From an uncultured Chthonomonas sp. (GTDB lineage Bacteria; Armatimonadota; Chthonomonadetes; Chthonomonadales; CAJBBX01): a stretch of 64,000 nt of DNA. The translations under genes were made by a program, and so were the position numbers. The stretch covers positions 6,452 to 70,451 of the forward strand of contig CAJBBX010000127.1 in NCBI GenBank assembly GCA_903951425.1, read 5' to 3'. Of the stretch, positions 38,465-47,162 are shown piece by piece. The notes under the pieces were generated by a model. The model was not told where the DNA came from. It saw only the letters and a program-made list of their open reading frames with translations, and did not search any database. Position 1 is the first letter of the stretch; each line of letters opens with the position of its first letter.

Positions 38465-39598
38465 TCAGTCGCGGCGCCAGTAGGCGCAGCAGCGCGCGCA
38501 GATCGGGAGGTCGCCCTCCATGCTCAGTCTTCGGCGGTGCGCGGTGAAGCCCGGTCCGTTCCATATCTCCCGGAAGCCCTGCTGGGTGATGTTGCCGCAC
38601 ACCATGCCGAAGCAGGGCGAGACATCACCGTTGGGCAGTACGTCGGTGTTGAGCCAGGCACATGCGGCTCGACTCCGCTTCACGAAGCGTTCCGGCTCGG
38701 CGTAGTAGAGCCCGATCTCGCGCTCAGTCATGCTCGGTTGGAACAGGACGGGCATCTGGGGCGATGCCTGCCGTACCACGCTGATGGCCTTAAGCAATCG
38801 ATCAGTGTCCAGCGCAGGCGCCGGTGCGACGCCATCTGGATCCGGCAACCGGTGCTCGGTCCCCCACTTCCGGTTGTGCTCTGACACCATGGCGGGCGTC
38901 ATCTGCCAGAGGTGCTGAAAGCTCAGGGCATCGGCCCCGAGTTCCTCCGCGACTCCCAACAGGTCGCCCAGCCGGTCATAGTTGTCCGGCGTGATGGCGC
39001 AACTCAGCACGATCGTCGGTCGCAGAACATGCGAAGCGCGCTTCACCCGCTGGATGGCCGCAACGCCCTCGGCCATGCGCTCGAAGGCCCTGTCGTGGCC
39101 CCGCACACGGTTGTGCACCTCGGCCGCGCCGTCCACCGAGACGACCAGTATGTCCATCGGGCACCGCATGACCGCTTCCGCCAGCGACGCCAGCATCGTG
39201 CCGTTGGTCGTCACGCCGGTCAGCAACCTGCGCGATCGGCAGTGCGCCACCAGTTCAGCAAAGTCGGGCCAGAGCGTCGGCTCGCCGCCGGTAAGCCAGA
39301 TGTATGGCCGCCACGGCGCAACGTCGTCGACCAGGCCCTTCCAGACCTCGACATGCAACGAGCCACGCGGGCTGGACTGCACCGACCCGTCCGCAACGAA
39401 CGAGCACATCCGGCACCGCAGGTTGCATGCCAGCGTCGGCTTCAGCGTGATGCCAAGCGGCGGCCGGCTATGCCCGATGCGCGAGAGTTGCTCTGCCGCC
39501 AGGCCCAGCAAGCGCGGCCGACTGCCCAGGTACCAGGCCACAAGCTCGGGATGACCCACGGCCAACCGAGCCCAGGCGACTGCAGCGGCGCGCGTCAC
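38465..39598 (-). CDS. radical SAM protein with SPASM/twitch-like C-terminal Cys cluster
   Basis: CX3CX2C motif ACNLRCRMC. C-terminal CAWLNTDVLPNGDVSPC...C...PICARCC. Confidence 0.85.
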   Translation of the reverse strand: MTRAAAVAWARLAVGHPELVAWYLGSRPRLLGLAAEQLSRIGHSRPPLGITLKPTLACNLRCRMCSFVADGSVQSSPRGSLHVEVWKGLVDDVAPWRPYIWLTGGEPTLWPDFAELVAHCRSRRLLTGVTTNGTMLASLAEAVMRCPMDILVVSVDGAAEVHNRVRGHDRAFERMAEGVAAIQRVKRASHVLRPTIVLSCAITPDNYDRLGDLLGVAEELGADALSFQHLWQMTPAMVSEHNRKWGTEHRLPDPDGVAPAPALDTDRLLKAISVVRQASPQMPVLFQPSMTEREIGLYYAEPERFVKRSRAACAWLNTDVLPNGDVSPCFGMVCGNITQQGFREIWNGPGFTAHRRRLSMEGDLPICARCCAYWRRD

Positions 39599-39625
39599 CC
39601 GGCCTTGAGCCCTCGATGCAGCACC

Positions 39626-40501
39626 TCAGTAGTCCACAGGCCGCAGGTAGTAGTCATTGATACTCGTAGTTGAGAGCATGGCGCTGGTCGGAAGGTGGCG
39701 CTTCCAGTGGGTGGAACTGAGGCGTCCCACGACCAGGCCGACCTCCGAGGCAGGGAAACCGATCTCAATGAGCTTGTCCGGCGTGTAGCCGCGGAGCAGA
39801 TAGTAGAGGATCCGGTCGGCCCGAGCATAGGAGATGCCGAAGTCGCCCTCATCCGTCTGACCCACCACCAGATCTGCGGAAGCGGGCTTCTGCACGATGA
39901 CCTCTGGCACACCGACCGCCGAGGCAAGCTGCCATACCTGTGTCTTGTAGAGGTCGCCCAGAGGATTCACCGGCGGCGAATCGTCGGCATGCCAGGTGAA
40001 GTAGCCGAAGAGCCGCTCCGTCTTGTTGCCAGTGCCGACCGGTAGCGCGGAGAGCTTGGCGCTCTGGTCAAACAGGACCACCATCCGCGTGCGGGCCATC
40101 ACATTGCCGCGACGCCGCCCGTCGGCGTCGGGCTCAAGGCTCAGGTATCCGTCAACCGCTCCCGTGATCTCCACGGTACTCATGGGCATGCCGAGGGCTT
40201 CGGCCACCATGGAGGCATGGTCAAGGCTGTCCTGGCTACTGGTGCAATAGGGCATGCGGACGCCGAAGACGTTCTCGGCGCCGAGGGCCAGGGCGCAAAG
40301 GTAGGCAGTGAGCGACGAATCGACGCCGCCGGAGAGGCCCACAACGGCCCGCATGAAGCCGCGCCGCCGGACGACCTCGTCTCGCAGGAACTCCACCAGC
40401 CAGTCGACGGCCAGTTCGGCGTTGAGCGCCAGTGGGGCCGCATCCTCGGGGTCGAACGGCTTGGCGGCAACCACTGGCAGCTTGAGGTCGAGTGCGCTCA
40501 C
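39626..40501 (-). CDS. nadE: NAD+ synthetase, synthetase subunit
   Basis: ORF 39626..40693. The GTG at 40501 overlaps the nit stop (GTGA), with GGAGG 6 nt upstream. ATP-PPase motif GLSGGVDSS. Confidence 0.88.
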   Translation of the reverse strand: MSALDLKLPVVAAKPFDPEDAAPLALNAELAVDWLVEFLRDEVVRRRGFMRAVVGLSGGVDSSLTAYLCALALGAENVFGVRMPYCTSSQDSLDHASMVAEALGMPMSTVEITGAVDGYLSLEPDADGRRRGNVMARTRMVVLFDQSAKLSALPVGTGNKTERLFGYFTWHADDSPPVNPLGDLYKTQVWQLASAVGVPEVIVQKPASADLVVGQTDEGDFGISYARADRILYYLLRGYTPDKLIEIGFPASEVGLVVGRLSSTHWKRHLPTSAMLSTTSINDYYLRPVDY

Positions 40502-41415
40502 AGGTTGCCTCCAAGCAGTTCGTGCGGACCGCGCACCAGGCGGTCCAGCATGAGGCTCAGGTCGCCGAGGTTCGACTCGAGGTCCATGAGGAGCGGCGTC
40601 CCGGCCCGTGCGGCGGCCAGGAGGTCGAGATCGACCGAGCCCGACACGAGGCACTCGCCCGAAACGGGCCCGCGCACTACCTCGGCGCCCCACGGATCGA
40701 CGATCCGCGACGAGCCGGTGAAGCCCTTGCCGCCCTCGAAACCGACCAGCCCGGCGTAGACAACGAAGATGTTATGCTCCTCGGCGATGCCCGGTAGGAG
40801 CCGATCCCATCGCTGCAGGTTGCCCGTAGTGGCTCCTTCGAAACCCCGCCCAGGCGATGCGCTGAGAATGTACAGGGAGAGCGCACCTTGCAGGGCGGCC
40901 ACCGAGCTGGAGACCGAGTGCCACGCGTCCTCGCAGATCAGCATGGCGGCCGGTCCAAGGCGCGTCGGGAAGGCCGCGATCGTCCGGCCGCGGGCCACGA
41001 ACCGCTTCTCATCAAAAACGCCGTAGGTCGGCAGGAAGAACTTCCGGTGTACGTGGACGATGCGGGCCGGCTCCGGGCACTCAACCCCGCTCAGCGTTGC
41101 GTAGAGCGCCGAGTTGTAGTAGCGCCCCTCCGCGGCCTCGTAAAAGCCGACCACCACATCAAGCACGGCATCGGCCGAGAAACAGCCTCGGAAGCGGCCC
41201 AGCAGGTCGGAAAAGAGCTCCTGGGCGGTGCGCGAGGACTCGCGGACGCCCCCCTCGAGGAAGTACCCGCTCATGGCCGTCTCTGGCAGCACCACTACGT
41301 CGGGCCGAGGCTCGAGATGCGCCGCCTGCTCAAAGGCGCCGGCCACGCGGGCCAGATTGTGCTGGTAGTCCGCCTTCTTAGGCTTGATCTGCGCCACCGC
41401 CACGGTATAGGACAC
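40498..41415 (-). CDS. carbon-nitrogen hydrolase (glutaminase subunit of NAD+ synthetase)
   Basis: Glu (LPETAMSGY), Lys (HRKFFLPTYGVFDEKRF, the NadE-glutaminase signature) and Cys (LICEDAW). I prefer the GTG at 41415 as start (GAGGAG 8 nt upstream). The alternative is the ATG at 41574. Confidence 0.8.
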   Translation of the reverse strand: MSYTVAVAQIKPKKADYQHNLARVAGAFEQAAHLEPRPDVVVLPETAMSGYFLEGGVRESSRTAQELFSDLLGRFRGCFSADAVLDVVVGFYEAAEGRYYNSALYATLSGVECPEPARIVHVHRKFFLPTYGVFDEKRFVARGRTIAAFPTRLGPAAMLICEDAWHSVSSSVAALQGALSLYILSASPGRGFEGATTGNLQRWDRLLPGIAEEHNIFVVYAGLVGFEGGKGFTGSSRIVDPWGAEVVRGPVSGECLVSGSVDLDLLAAARAGTPLLMDLESNLGDLSLMLDRLVRGPHELLGGNL

Positions 41416-41844
41416 GCCACTAGCTCCTCTAGCCGGCCCGATGCACCTCGGGCGGCTGAACCAAGCGCTTGCGCCGCCCACCGGGGCGGCGTGGTCGTCG
41501 TGCAAGTATACCGCCGGGCCCGACGCCGCGCCGCCCGATACCGACGGCCGATGGGTCTGGTACACTTCCGCCATGGTCGTTCTGCGGGCATCGCACCGCA
41601 CTTCCGAGTGGTCGCCTCGGGCCGATCACCTGCGTGCGCCGGCGGTCTCCTTGCGCGTCGCGGGCACACTGGCCGCTGCCGACTCGTAGCGCCTCTTGAA
41701 GGCGATCAGCGGGTCGGTCCCCACAGCATCGTGCACGGGGGCCTGCCGTTCGACCAGCACTGCTGTACACATCTGGCGCGGCTGAGGTACGCAGAGAATA
41801 TGCTGCGCCCGGCTCAGGCGCCACCCCAGGGCGGAGGCACAACG

Positions 41845-43014
41845 GTGAAGTTAGGCATCCCAAGAGAGGTGTACCCGGGCGAGCGACGCGTCGCCATGGC
41901 TCCCGCCGCGGTAGCCGCGGCGAAGAAGGCGGGCTTTGAGATCCTGGTCGAAACCGGGGCAGGATCGGCGGCCGGCTTCCCGGACGCCGACTACAGCGCA
42001 GCCGGTTGCGCCATCGTCGGCTCCAGGGCCGAGGTCTTTGCGCAGGCCGACGCGGTGGCCATGGTCAGGTCACTGGGCGCTGACCCGGCGGCATGGGCCT
42101 TTGACGCCGCCTTAGTGCGCCCCGGGCAGACGCTGGTGGGGCACCTCGAGCCCCTGAGCGAAGCCGCGACTGCCGCCATGGCGGCGCCGTCCGGCGTCCG
42201 GGCGTTCGCACTGGAGCTGCTGCCGCGCATCACCCGCGCGCAGACCATGGACGTGCTATCCTCGCAGGCCAGCCTCGCAGGCTACAAGGCCGTGCTGATT
42301 GCGGCGAACCATCTGCCCAAGCTCTTCCCCATGATGATGACCGCCGCAGGCACGATCACGCCGAGCAAGGTCTTCGTGGTGGGAGCGGGCGTGGCGGGTT
42401 TGCAGGCCATCGCCACCGCCAAACGGCTCGGCGCTGTCGTGACCGCCTATGACGTTCGTGCGGCCGTGAAGGAGCAGGTCGAGAGCCTGGGCGCCAAGTT
42501 CCTCGAGCTACCCATCGAGACCGCCGATGGCCAGGGCGGGTACGCCAAGGCCATGGACGAGGCCTTCTACCGACGCCAGGCGGAGCTGATGGCGGGCGTC
42601 GTGGCCGACATGGACGTGGTGGTGACCACCGCCGCCATCCCTGGGCGCACCGCGCCCGTGCTGATCTCGCGGGAGATGGTGCTGGCCATGCGGCCGGGCT
42701 CCGTCATCGTGGACCTTGCTGCGGAGCGCGGCGGCAACTGCGAGGCCACGGTGGCCGGGCAGAGCGTGGAGTGCGGCGGCGCCACCGTGATCGGCCCGTT
42801 GAACGTGCCCGCTTCCCTTCCCTTCCACAGCAGCCAGCTCTACGCCCGCAACGTAGTGGCGTTCCTCACACACATCAAGGGCCTGAGCACCGAGAGCTTT
42901 GGCGGCGATGAGATCGCGCAGGGCACCCTCGTCATCGATCAGGGCGAGGTCGTACACCCCCTCGTGCGGGAGCGGCTGGGGCTTGAGCCTCGCGCCGCCG
43001 CCGCACAGGCATAG
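41845..43014 (+). CDS. pntAA: NAD(P) transhydrogenase subunit alpha part 1
   Basis: ORF 40888..43014 is over-extended. The GTG at 41845 follows GGAGG at 7 nt. VKLGIPREVYPGERRVA, GAGVAGLQAIATAKRLGA. Confidence 0.9.
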   Translation: MKLGIPREVYPGERRVAMAPAAVAAAKKAGFEILVETGAGSAAGFPDADYSAAGCAIVGSRAEVFAQADAVAMVRSLGADPAAWAFDAALVRPGQTLVGHLEPLSEAATAAMAAPSGVRAFALELLPRITRAQTMDVLSSQASLAGYKAVLIAANHLPKLFPMMMTAAGTITPSKVFVVGAGVAGLQAIATAKRLGAVVTAYDVRAAVKEQVESLGAKFLELPIETADGQGGYAKAMDEAFYRRQAELMAGVVADMDVVVTTAAIPGRTAPVLISREMVLAMRPGSVIVDLAAERGGNCEATVAGQSVECGGATVIGPLNVPASLPFHSSQLYARNVVAFLTHIKGLSTESFGGDEIAQGTLVIDQGEVVHPLVRERLGLEPRAAAAQA

Positions 43015-43029
43015 GAGACGGAGCACTTC

Positions 43030-43350
43030 ATGGAAACCAGTTCGCTCGTTTCGAACCTATACGTCTTCGTACTCGCCACCTTCCTTGGCTTCGAGGTTAT
43101 CCGCCGCGTTTCGCCGCTACTGCACACGCCCCTGATGTCGCTCACCAACGCCATCTCGGCCATCAGCCTCGTGGGCTCGCTGGTGATCCTGGGCAAGCAG
43201 GGCGGCGAGATCAACCTCTTCTCCATCCTCGGAGCGCTGGCTGTGACGGCCTCCATGATCAACGTGGTCAGCGGCTTCCTCATCACCGACCGGATGCTTA
43301 AGATGTTCAAGTCACGTCAGAGCGGCAAGACCGAGGGCGGGCCCCGATGA
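43030..43350 (+). CDS. pntAB: NAD(P) transhydrogenase subunit alpha part 2
   Basis: 106 aa, 3 TM helices, HTPLMSLTNAISAI motif. Confidence 0.9.
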   Translation: METSSLVSNLYVFVLATFLGFEVIRRVSPLLHTPLMSLTNAISAISLVGSLVILGKQGGEINLFSILGALAVTASMINVVSGFLITDRMLKMFKSRQSGKTEGGPR

Positions 43351-44768
43351 GCAACCCGATCCTGACGCAGACCTCCTACCTCATCGCCGCCGCGCTCTTC
43401 ATCCTCGCGCTGAAGTGGCTCAACGCACCCAAGACGGCCCGGAAGGGCGTCTGGGCCGGCGAGGTCGGCATGGCGGCGGCCATCGTCGGCACACTGCTCC
43501 TCCCCGAGATCAAGGCGTTCCACTGGATCGTCCTGACCCTCCTGGTCGGCGCCGGCATCGGCATCCCGATCGCGCTACTCATGCCCATGACCGCGGTGCC
43601 GCAGCGGACCGCGTTGTCCCACTGCTTCGGCGGATTGGCCGCGGGCCTCGTGGGCACCGCCGAGTACTACCTCGCACGATCACAGCACGGCGGACACCTG
43701 GACCACTTCACCAGCGGCGTGCTGGCGCTGGAGGTGCTGCTGGGCTACCTGACCTTCACGGGCAGCCTCATGGCGTTCGGCAAGTTGCAGGGCATCCTTC
43801 CAAGCCGACCGATCACATACAAGGGCCAGAACTTCGTCAATCTGGGCATCCTTGCGCTCGCCGGCCTCATCGGCATAGCCCTGGCCATCGATCCGACGCA
43901 GTCCGGGCTGGCCGGCGGGATAGTGGGTCAACTCATGTTCCCGCTACTGATCCTTCTGGCGCTGCTTTTCGGCATCTTCCTGATCATCCCCATCGGCGGC
44001 GCCGATATGCCGACGGTCATCTCGTTGCTCAACTCCTACGCGGGCCTCTCGGCCTCGGCGATGGGCTTCGTGCTTGACAACAAGCTGCTGATCATCGCAG
44101 GCGCGCTGGACGGCTCCAGCGGCTTCATCCTCTCGGTCATCATGTGCAAGGCCATGAACCGCTCGTTCACCAACGTGCTGTTCGGCGCCTTCGGCCAGGT
44201 CCAAACGGCCGTGGCCGGCAAGGTCGAGGCCAAGCCGGTCCGCAGCGCCCAGCCGGACGAGGCCGCTGCCATCCTGGGCATGGCCCAGAGCGTGGTCATC
44301 ATCCCAGGCTACGGCATGGCGGTGGCACAGGCACAGCATAAGGTCCGCGACCTCTGCGACCAGCTGACCAAGCGCGGCGTCGACGTGCGCTTTGGCATCC
44401 ATCCGGTGGCAGGGCGCATGCCGGGCCATATGAACGTCCTCTTGGCCGAGGCAGACATCCCTTACGAGCGGCTGCTAGAGATGGACGAGATCAACCCGGA
44501 TATGCCGCAGGTTGATGTCGCGCTCGTGATCGGCGCGAACGACGTGACCAATCCCGCCGCGCGGCATGACAAGTCGAGCCCGATCTTCGGCATGCCGATC
44601 ATCGATGTGGACAAGGCCCGCACGGTCATGGTCATTAAGCGAGGCATGTCGGCCGGGTTCGCCGGGATCGAGAACGAACTGTACCACATGGAGAAGACCC
44701 TGATGCTCTTCGGCGACGCGAAGCAGTACGTCGGCGAGATGGTCAAGGAGCTGGCATCAGGCGACTGA
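43347..44768 (+). CDS. pntB: NAD(P) transhydrogenase subunit beta
   Basis: ATGA overlap with the upstream gene. TM domain plus dIII domain (IIPGYGMAVAQAQH, GANDVTNPAA). Confidence 0.93.
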   Translation: MSNPILTQTSYLIAAALFILALKWLNAPKTARKGVWAGEVGMAAAIVGTLLLPEIKAFHWIVLTLLVGAGIGIPIALLMPMTAVPQRTALSHCFGGLAAGLVGTAEYYLARSQHGGHLDHFTSGVLALEVLLGYLTFTGSLMAFGKLQGILPSRPITYKGQNFVNLGILALAGLIGIALAIDPTQSGLAGGIVGQLMFPLLILLALLFGIFLIIPIGGADMPTVISLLNSYAGLSASAMGFVLDNKLLIIAGALDGSSGFILSVIMCKAMNRSFTNVLFGAFGQVQTAVAGKVEAKPVRSAQPDEAAAILGMAQSVVIIPGYGMAVAQAQHKVRDLCDQLTKRGVDVRFGIHPVAGRMPGHMNVLLAEADIPYERLLEMDEINPDMPQVDVALVIGANDVTNPAARHDKSSPIFGMPIIDVDKARTVMVIKRGMSAGFAGIENELYHMEKTLMLFGDAKQYVGEMVKELASGD

Positions 44769-45544
44769 TGGCGCCTTCGTCCTATCGGAGGCCGGCTCGC
44801 ACCCTTGCGGCGCTGGCCTCCGTCCTCCTCCTATCCGGTTGCGCCAGGCCGATTAACCGGCACGCCGAACGCCTCATCCGGGAGCAGTTGGACGGCTACA
44901 TTGGTCCGGCTGCCGCCTGGACAGTGCGAGTGGATGGCGCACCCCTCAACACACTGCGGGGAAGCCTGTCGCAGGTGGCGATCCACGGGACCTCTGTGGC
45001 GCTCCGCGGCGCCATCGAACTGGCAGACCTCGAGGTGACGCTGAGCCGGCTGCAAATCGATATCGGCCGGCGGCAGGTCCGCTCGATAGGCGGCGCGGGC
45101 TTCAGCGCCACCATCGCCGAGGCAGCCATCGACCGGTACTTGAAGCAGGATGCCGGCGCGGCCCCCGACTACCGTGTGCGAGTGCTCAGGCTCCGGCAGG
45201 GCAAGCTGATCCTCTACGGGCAGAAGCGGTGGCTCGGCAGGTGGTGGAACTTCTCGGTCAGCGCTGTACCCCACCTCGTCTCGCCCACCCGGCTGGCATA
45301 CGATCCCGACAAGATGACTGTGATCGGCATGAGGCTGCCCATTCCACGCGCGATCCTGCGCCGATTCGCCCGTCGGCTTTCGTCAGGGCTCGACTTCAGC
45401 GCGCTCCCCTTCCCCGTCCGCATAACCGATGTGAGCGTGGACGAGGCGTCCGTATCGATCACCGGCAACGTTGAAGTGACCGACGGCCTGCGGGATCAGC
45501 TGGACAAGATGGCCCCGTTGGTTGCTCCTAAGAGCCTACGCTAG
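44768..45544 (+). CDS. lipoprotein, DUF2993 (LmeA-like) family
   Basis: TGATG overlap with pntB. Lipobox LLSGC. Repeated ...VAIHGTSVALRGAIELADLEVTL... pattern typical of DUF2993 (from memory). Confidence 0.65.
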   Translation: MAPSSYRRPARTLAALASVLLLSGCARPINRHAERLIREQLDGYIGPAAAWTVRVDGAPLNTLRGSLSQVAIHGTSVALRGAIELADLEVTLSRLQIDIGRRQVRSIGGAGFSATIAEAAIDRYLKQDAGAAPDYRVRVLRLRQGKLILYGQKRWLGRWWNFSVSAVPHLVSPTRLAYDPDKMTVIGMRLPIPRAILRRFARRLSSGLDFSALPFPVRITDVSVDEASVSITGNVEVTDGLRDQLDKMAPLVAPKSLR

Positions 45545-45902
45545 CTGCGACAGACCGTCTCCGCCGGGGGGAGCGGCGGAGCGGCCAGCTTAGCTTCAAC
45601 CCATCAACGGCGCCGCCTCTACTCCATCCTGCCTCAGGCAGTCCCACCGACCGATGAGGGATCGGCGCTACATTGGCGAGAGATCTTCCCGCAGAACCTG
45701 CCAACGGTGCGGCGATGCTGCGCCAGTAAGCCTTATAATTGGCCTGCAACCGGCAAGCACGACTGTGGCTAGCTAGCGTGGTAGTCGAACAGCCGAGACT
45801 GTCAGCAGCTTCCCGGTTCTCATCTGTTCGGCACGCCGGAGGCGGCCCGAGCCCCGCTACGAACGCCTGACACGTGCGTGACCAAGCCTGTGTGGAGGGG
45901 TC

Positions 45903-47096
45903 ATGATGCGTACCATTTCGTCTCTGTCCACAATGCTGGTACTGGCCTTGCTCGCGATGGCGGCGCAGGTTCGAGCTGATACCGACGCAGCGTGGGCCTG
46001 GGGCCATAGTTGCGCAGGTGAGTTCGGCGACGGGTCCAACGGCAGCTGGGCGGTGTCTCCCCAGCAGGTTCCGGGCCTGCAGCGCACCCGATCGGTCGGC
46101 GCCGGCCTGTTCCACTGCTTTGCCGCCCAAGGCGCCAACGCCTGCCCGACCGCAATAGACCAGACGGTGAACGCCGCGCCCAGGGCGGGCCAGAACATAA
46201 GTCTCACCAGCACTGACCATGACAGTGGTGGCCTCACCCACCCCTTCATGTTGGGGCCATCCAACAGAACACCGATTGGCATGCCTCCGAACGTGACGTA
46301 CCCCTGCACCGGTGACTTTGGCGGTGCCGACACGTTTGAGTTCACTGTCGACGACGGACGGGCCACTAGCACGCCGGCTACCGTGAGCCAGCCTGCGTCA
46401 AAGGCCAACAAGGTGGACCGGAGCGACGTGGGACCCAGTCGTGTCCTCCTGCGCGGCTACCCATACCGCAAAGCCGACAACAGCGGGATCGTCGCGAGGC
46501 CACTGGCGGCGAGTATCGCCGGCACCGACGTGGGCGGTGCCGCCACCGGCACGGTCGGTGTCTCAGCGCTGACCTGGGTGATCGATCGGGGAGCAGCTAC
46601 CAGCACCCTTGGTGTGGCAACCGCCGGGAGCGCGGCTTTTGAGCCTTCGTCACCGGCTACCGTTCTGACTGTGGCCACGCACGATACCGCGCTCTTGCCC
46701 CCAGCCGATCGGGCGACATGGCTCAGCCAGTGAGCCCGCTCGGCTATCTCCGCCGGGCTTCGCGTGCACTTCACTCTGTGGGCAGAAGCTTGGCGTTTGC
46801 GGACGACAGAACCGTGGTCGGTGCGGCTCTCGCCGACCCACAGGACCGCGCGAGGAGAGAGCGCCTACCTGCGCCGCTTGTCGGACTACGTCTGGTGGTC
46901 CGGCAAGAGCGTGAGGTTCTCGCTCGACGGAACCAATCTGGGCACCGGAGTGACCGACGCCAACGGCATGGCAGCCTATCTCTACACCGCGCCGACAGCA
47001 ATGACGACCGGCAACCACGACATGCTGGGCGAGTTCGCAGGAGATTCGCACTACCTGCCGAATGCCGGTACCGCTGTGCTGACGGTAACGCCGTAG
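45903..47096 (+). pseudogene. decayed mosaic surface-protein gene (RCC1-like repeat, cadherin-like Ig, Ig-like repeats)
   Basis: Signal peptide, one RCC1-like repeat (AWAWGHSCAGEFGDG), and a TFEFTVDDG cadherin-like domain. There is an in-frame TGA at 46731..46733. The best domain-like translation moves to another frame for ~46718..46852 and then returns. The C-terminal module is paralogous to 50404..50658. Confidence 0.5.
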
Positions 47097-47162
47097 GCCA
47101 TGAGCCCGCCGGTCGGGCAGCAGGAGTTGATATACGTTCGTTCCGATGGGAGGAAACACCAC

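Noticed and set aside
45545-45902. The 358-bp intergenic region upstream of the surface-protein locus as a riboswitch (for example c-di-GMP) or small RNA. It contains a TTATAAT box, a GCTAGCTAGC palindrome and several short hairpins.
   Set aside because: I could not find the conserved cores of GEMM-I/II or any other riboswitch class I know, and the hairpins are short. It remains only a possible promoter plus long 5' UTR. An Rfam covariance scan would settle it.
46731-46733. In-frame TGA as a selenocysteine or read-through codon.
   Set aside because: No SECIS-like hairpin follows it. The downstream same-frame translation is not domain-like, whereas a shifted frame is. Decay or recombination explains the data better.
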